DNA of 64,000 nt from Squalus acanthias (lineage: Eukaryota), in the NCBI GenBank assembly GCA_030390025.1, contig CM059432.1, forward strand, positions 48,982,001 to 49,046,000. Reading direction: 5' to 3'. The notes under the pieces were generated by a model that saw nothing but the letters and a program-made list of their open reading frames with translations, had not been told where the DNA came from and made no database searches. Below are positions 62,401-64,000 of the stretch, in pieces (position 1 is the first letter of the stretch; every line of letters begins with the position of its first letter). A program made the position numbers and the translations under genes.

Positions 62401-63190
62401 ATCCTGGAACACAAGGTTGACTGCCAGTACCGCATGACTGAGCAAGTGTTGTGAGCAAAGGCCCTTAAAAAATAATGAAAGTGTTCTCCACTTGCAACAA
62501 TATTCCCTGTTACTTTAGAATCTTGAAAGAAGTTAATAAAGCAGGTGGAGTTGCAGAAAGTAGCACAGAGCCAGTCAAACTGCACAAACATGTCATGTGC
62601 AAGTGATTGCTAATGATCCCTTTAAATATCACTGCTTGAGCGTCCTTCCTGCTTCTCAACACTTGCTCAGCTCGTCGCTGTTAAGGCATGCTGGTAAGTG
62701 GAGCAGCGAAATCCAATGTAACAGTTTGGGCGTTAGGTGAGCGTTGCCCACTCACTGACGTCACGATCTGCTTAATTTCAATCATTTCCAGGATCGCTGC
62801 TATTGGCAGTGCTGCTGGCCATCCCAAAATGGCGGCTGCCGCGGGACCCGCTGCCAGCTGGTGGAAGAGTGGCGGCCACCATTTTTTCACCCGATTATGG
62901 CGCTAACAGGTGGCGTTAAAATACCCAATTTCTAGGCCAATGAGTCTAATAAGTATATTTTCCAGGATAACATCTATAATTTGCTTTATTTAAAAATAAT
63001 GCAAATAAAAAACAGATGGAAGCTTTGCCCTTACAACACCAATAGGGAATCCCACTTTAGATTGCAACCCACTGTATTCGGGCCCCAACCTATTTCCCAG
63101 CCAGTTTACCAGACTCCCAACAGAATTACGGTGGAAGTCCATTAAAATGGATGCATAAATTCTGCCTCAATTATTTTGGTTGCAGTCAAA

Positions 63191-64000
63191 GGCCTAGAAA
63201 TTGCCTCAGATGGTAAAGGAAGACCTTTGAGAAGACAGAAAATGCTGGAAATACTGAGCAGTGGAGAGAGAAACAGAGTTCACGTCTCAGGTCGAGATAT
63301 TGCCTGGCCTGCTGAGTATTTCCAGCACTTTATGCTGTCATTCCAGATTTACAGCATCTACTCGCAAAGGGAAGAGGAAGACGCAGAAGAGGAAGATGCA
63401 GAAGAGGAGGAAGCAGAAGGAAGGATGCAATCCAGACAGCCCCTTTCTGGCCGGGATATCTGGGATGGAATCATCCGCCTGCAGTACCAGTGAGCACAAC
63501 CCCAATTCCCATTTCAATATTACTCGCACACCTTACCTTCCCTCTGTTACTGACCATCACAGCATCCTCTTAGCCACAATGCTGAAATAAAAGCCACCAA
63601 AAAGCAAACTTTCCAATCCAACTTTATACATCTATCCATGCAATATGACATCAAGAAATTAACTCATCACCCTTATGCATTCCCTTCGTGACTGTCTTGT
63701 GTGTGCCTTTGCCTATCCTACTGATGTCACACAGTGCTACCCCAGTGGCTGCAGCATGGCTGGTGGAAGGCTGCTGACTTTCAGTGGGGACACTGCAAAT
63801 GGCCTTGCTGGTCGACCTTGAGGAGCTGGTGGCTGGGACTGTGAAATCGAGTGGTGTTTATTCTTCTTGTTCTTTTTCTTCACTCTCCTCTTCCTCTTCT
63901 TGTTCAACCACTGGCTGGGCAGGCTGCATTTCTTGGTGTGTGAAATGAGGAAGGCACAAGGGTGGAGTTGTGGTGGGGAAGGGCGGGAAAGCAAGAGCTG
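63191..64000. mobile_element. Harbinger deletion derivative running off the window
   Basis: TIR GGCCTAGAAATTG at 63191; transposase-like acidic C-terminus (EEEDAEEE...DGIIRLQYQ*) on plus; Myb-gene-like 3' end on minus 63737-64000. Confidence 0.65.
63235..63360. mobile_element. Degraded miniature fold-back of PLE family 2 3' ends
   Basis: Minus arm ACAGAAAATGCTGGAAATACT...GAGTTCACGTCTCAGGTCGA followed by plus arm TGCCTGGCCTGCTGAGTATTTCCAGCA...CAGATTTACAGCATCT. Confidence 0.7.

Larger units (their letters stand above)
56772..62938. mobile_element. Two-gene Harbinger transposon (decayed) with two PLE insertions
   Basis: TIRs GACCTAGAAATTGG...CCAATTTCTAGGCC; convergent Myb-like (+) and DDE transposase (-) genes; flanking 3-mers TTT/AAT do not match. 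Confidence 0.88.

Overview
Eukaryotic (vertebrate) genomic DNA, almost certainly intronic or intergenic. The repeat repertoire (Deu-domain SINEs, CR1, L2, RTE, Neptune-type Penelope, Harbinger) suggests a cartilaginous fish such as a shark; that assignment is inference. Most of the window is nested transposable elements: two CR1-group LINE families, L2 and RTE fragments, SINEs, two families of Penelope-like elements (PLEs, RT + GIY-YIG), Harbinger DNA transposons (spliced Myb/SANT-like gene plus HARBI1-like DDE transposase) with their MITEs, and a probable 1.57-kb solo LTR. No complete host gene is visible; one plausible host exon (3376-3536) encodes a transmembrane segment. The most interesting signal is in the PLEs. 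Ten minimal hammerhead-ribozyme motifs show compensatory base changes and a palindrome in place of helix III. Three TSD-flanked fold-back insertions, plus one degraded one from the second family, follow the same rule: one arm carries a conserved ~30-37 nt 3' tail and the other stops just before it, and where the arms differ in length the tail is on the shorter one. One fold-back is a non-coding 362-bp near-perfect hairpin. Hammerheads and inverted ends in PLEs are known in general; the consistent asymmetry, the covariation and the U4C core variant in the youngest-looking copy are what merit follow-up. Boundaries were read by eye and degraded repeats may be off by tens of bases.
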